64,000 nt of DNA from Bugula neritina (Eukaryota > Animalia > Bryozoa): contig OZ037765.1 in NCBI GenBank assembly GCA_964035545.1, forward strand, positions 15,138,698 to 15,202,697, written 5' to 3'. Below the pieces are notes generated by a model. It was not told where the DNA came from. It saw only the letters and a program-made list of their open reading frames with translations, and ran no database searches. The position numbers and the translations under genes were made by a program. Positions 63,401 to 64,000 of the stretch are shown here, piece after piece (the stretch's first letter is position 1; each line of letters opens with the position of its first letter).

Positions 63401-64000
63401 TACACTGCAACACCTTGAAATATACTGCAACACACTGAAAGATACGGCAACATACTGAAATATACTGCGACACATTGAAATATACTGCAGCATACTGAAA
63501 TATGCTGTAGCATAATGAAATATGCTGTAGCACACTGAAATATACTGCAACATACTGAAATATAATGCAAGTTACTACAACATACTGAAATACACTGTGA
63601 CATACTGAAACACACTGCAACATACTGCAAGATACTGCAACATACTGAAATGCACTGTAACATATTGAAATACACTGCAAAACCTTGAAATATACTGCAA
63701 CACACTGAAGGATACGGCAACATACTGAAATATACTGCGACACATTTAAATATACTGCAACATACTGGAATATGCTGTAGCATACTGAAATATACTGTAA
63801 CACACTGTTATATACTGCAACATACTGCAACATACCGACATATACTGGAACATACTGAAATACATTCCAACATACTACAACATACTGAAATACACTGTAA
63901 CCTACTGAAATATGCTGTAACACACTGAAGTATACTGCAACATACTGAAATATAATGCAAGTAACTACAACATACTGAAATACACTGTGACATACTGAGA
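48461..64000. repeat. Region with a 5759-bp supra-period (A+B+C = 971+2368+2420)
   Basis: Offsets of 5759 for 48461>54220, 49021>54780, 49301>55060, 50262>56021 and 56021>61780. An earlier A+B+C unit spans 19205>24963 (5758 bp). Confidence 0.83.

Larger units (their letters stand above)
1..64000. repeat. Satellite DNA array of 10-bp monomers (HAAYAYACTG), about 6400 monomers, largely a 20-bp dimer YAACAYACTG-AAATAYACTG, head-to-tail, one orientation
   Basis: Every 10-base block of the listing is a variant of caacatactg/aaatatactg/aaatacactg/taacatactg. No unique sequence or inversion was seen. The + strand is A/C-rich with about one G per monomer. Confidence 0.99.

Noticed and set aside
463-63993. 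All listed minus-strand ORFs as protein-coding genes (e.g. 46477..49032, 851 aa)
   Set aside because: They overlap in all three frames with the same low-complexity peptide, have no recognisable domain, and arise directly from a stop-free 10-bp repeat strand. Their ends simply track rare CTA/TTA/TCA variants.
1-64000. CRISPR array or other repeat-spacer system
   Set aside because: There are no unique spacers: the sequence between landmark blocks is the same 10-mer satellite. No cas genes or leader.
1-64000. Identity with the Drosophila 10-bp Prodsat (AATAACATAG) or with telomeric repeats
   Set aside because: Only TAACATA is shared with one monomer variant and the ACTG core is absent from Prodsat. 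There are no G-runs typical of telomere repeats. The organism cannot be assigned.
1-64000. Embedded transposon, tRNA/rRNA gene, or inversion
   Set aside because: No non-satellite segment, terminal repeats or strand switch (CAGTATGTTG on +) was seen anywhere.

Overview
The whole 64 kb window is one uninterrupted, single-orientation satellite DNA array; it starts and ends inside the array. The base unit is a 10-bp monomer (consensus HAAYAYACTG: CAACATACTG, TAACATACTG, AAATATACTG, AAATACACTG), mostly alternating as a 20-bp dimer (YAACAYACTG + AAATAYACTG). Diagnostic variant monomers reveal nested higher-order repeats (HORs): 10 > 20 > 210/390 > 600 > modules of ~970, 2368, 2420 and ~2200 bp > supra-units of 2530, 5001, 5759 and ~8700 bp. 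A 110-bp landmark block occurs 37 times. I find no credible gene, RNA gene, transposon or CRISPR array. All ORFs are on the minus strand and are artefacts of a stop-free repeat strand. The most notable observations are: (i) the monomer is a degenerate palindrome whose minus strand can pair fully with itself through G-U/G-T wobble, while the plus strand cannot; (ii) several fixed variants perfect short dyads; (iii) the 10-bp register is kept almost perfectly, with 19 phase shifts of only four kinds; (iv) the expansion history is layered and readable. The architecture is typical of eukaryotic (peri)centromeric or heterochromatic satellite, but organism and function cannot be assigned from the sequence alone. 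Counts and offsets were made by eye and from ORF-track offsets.
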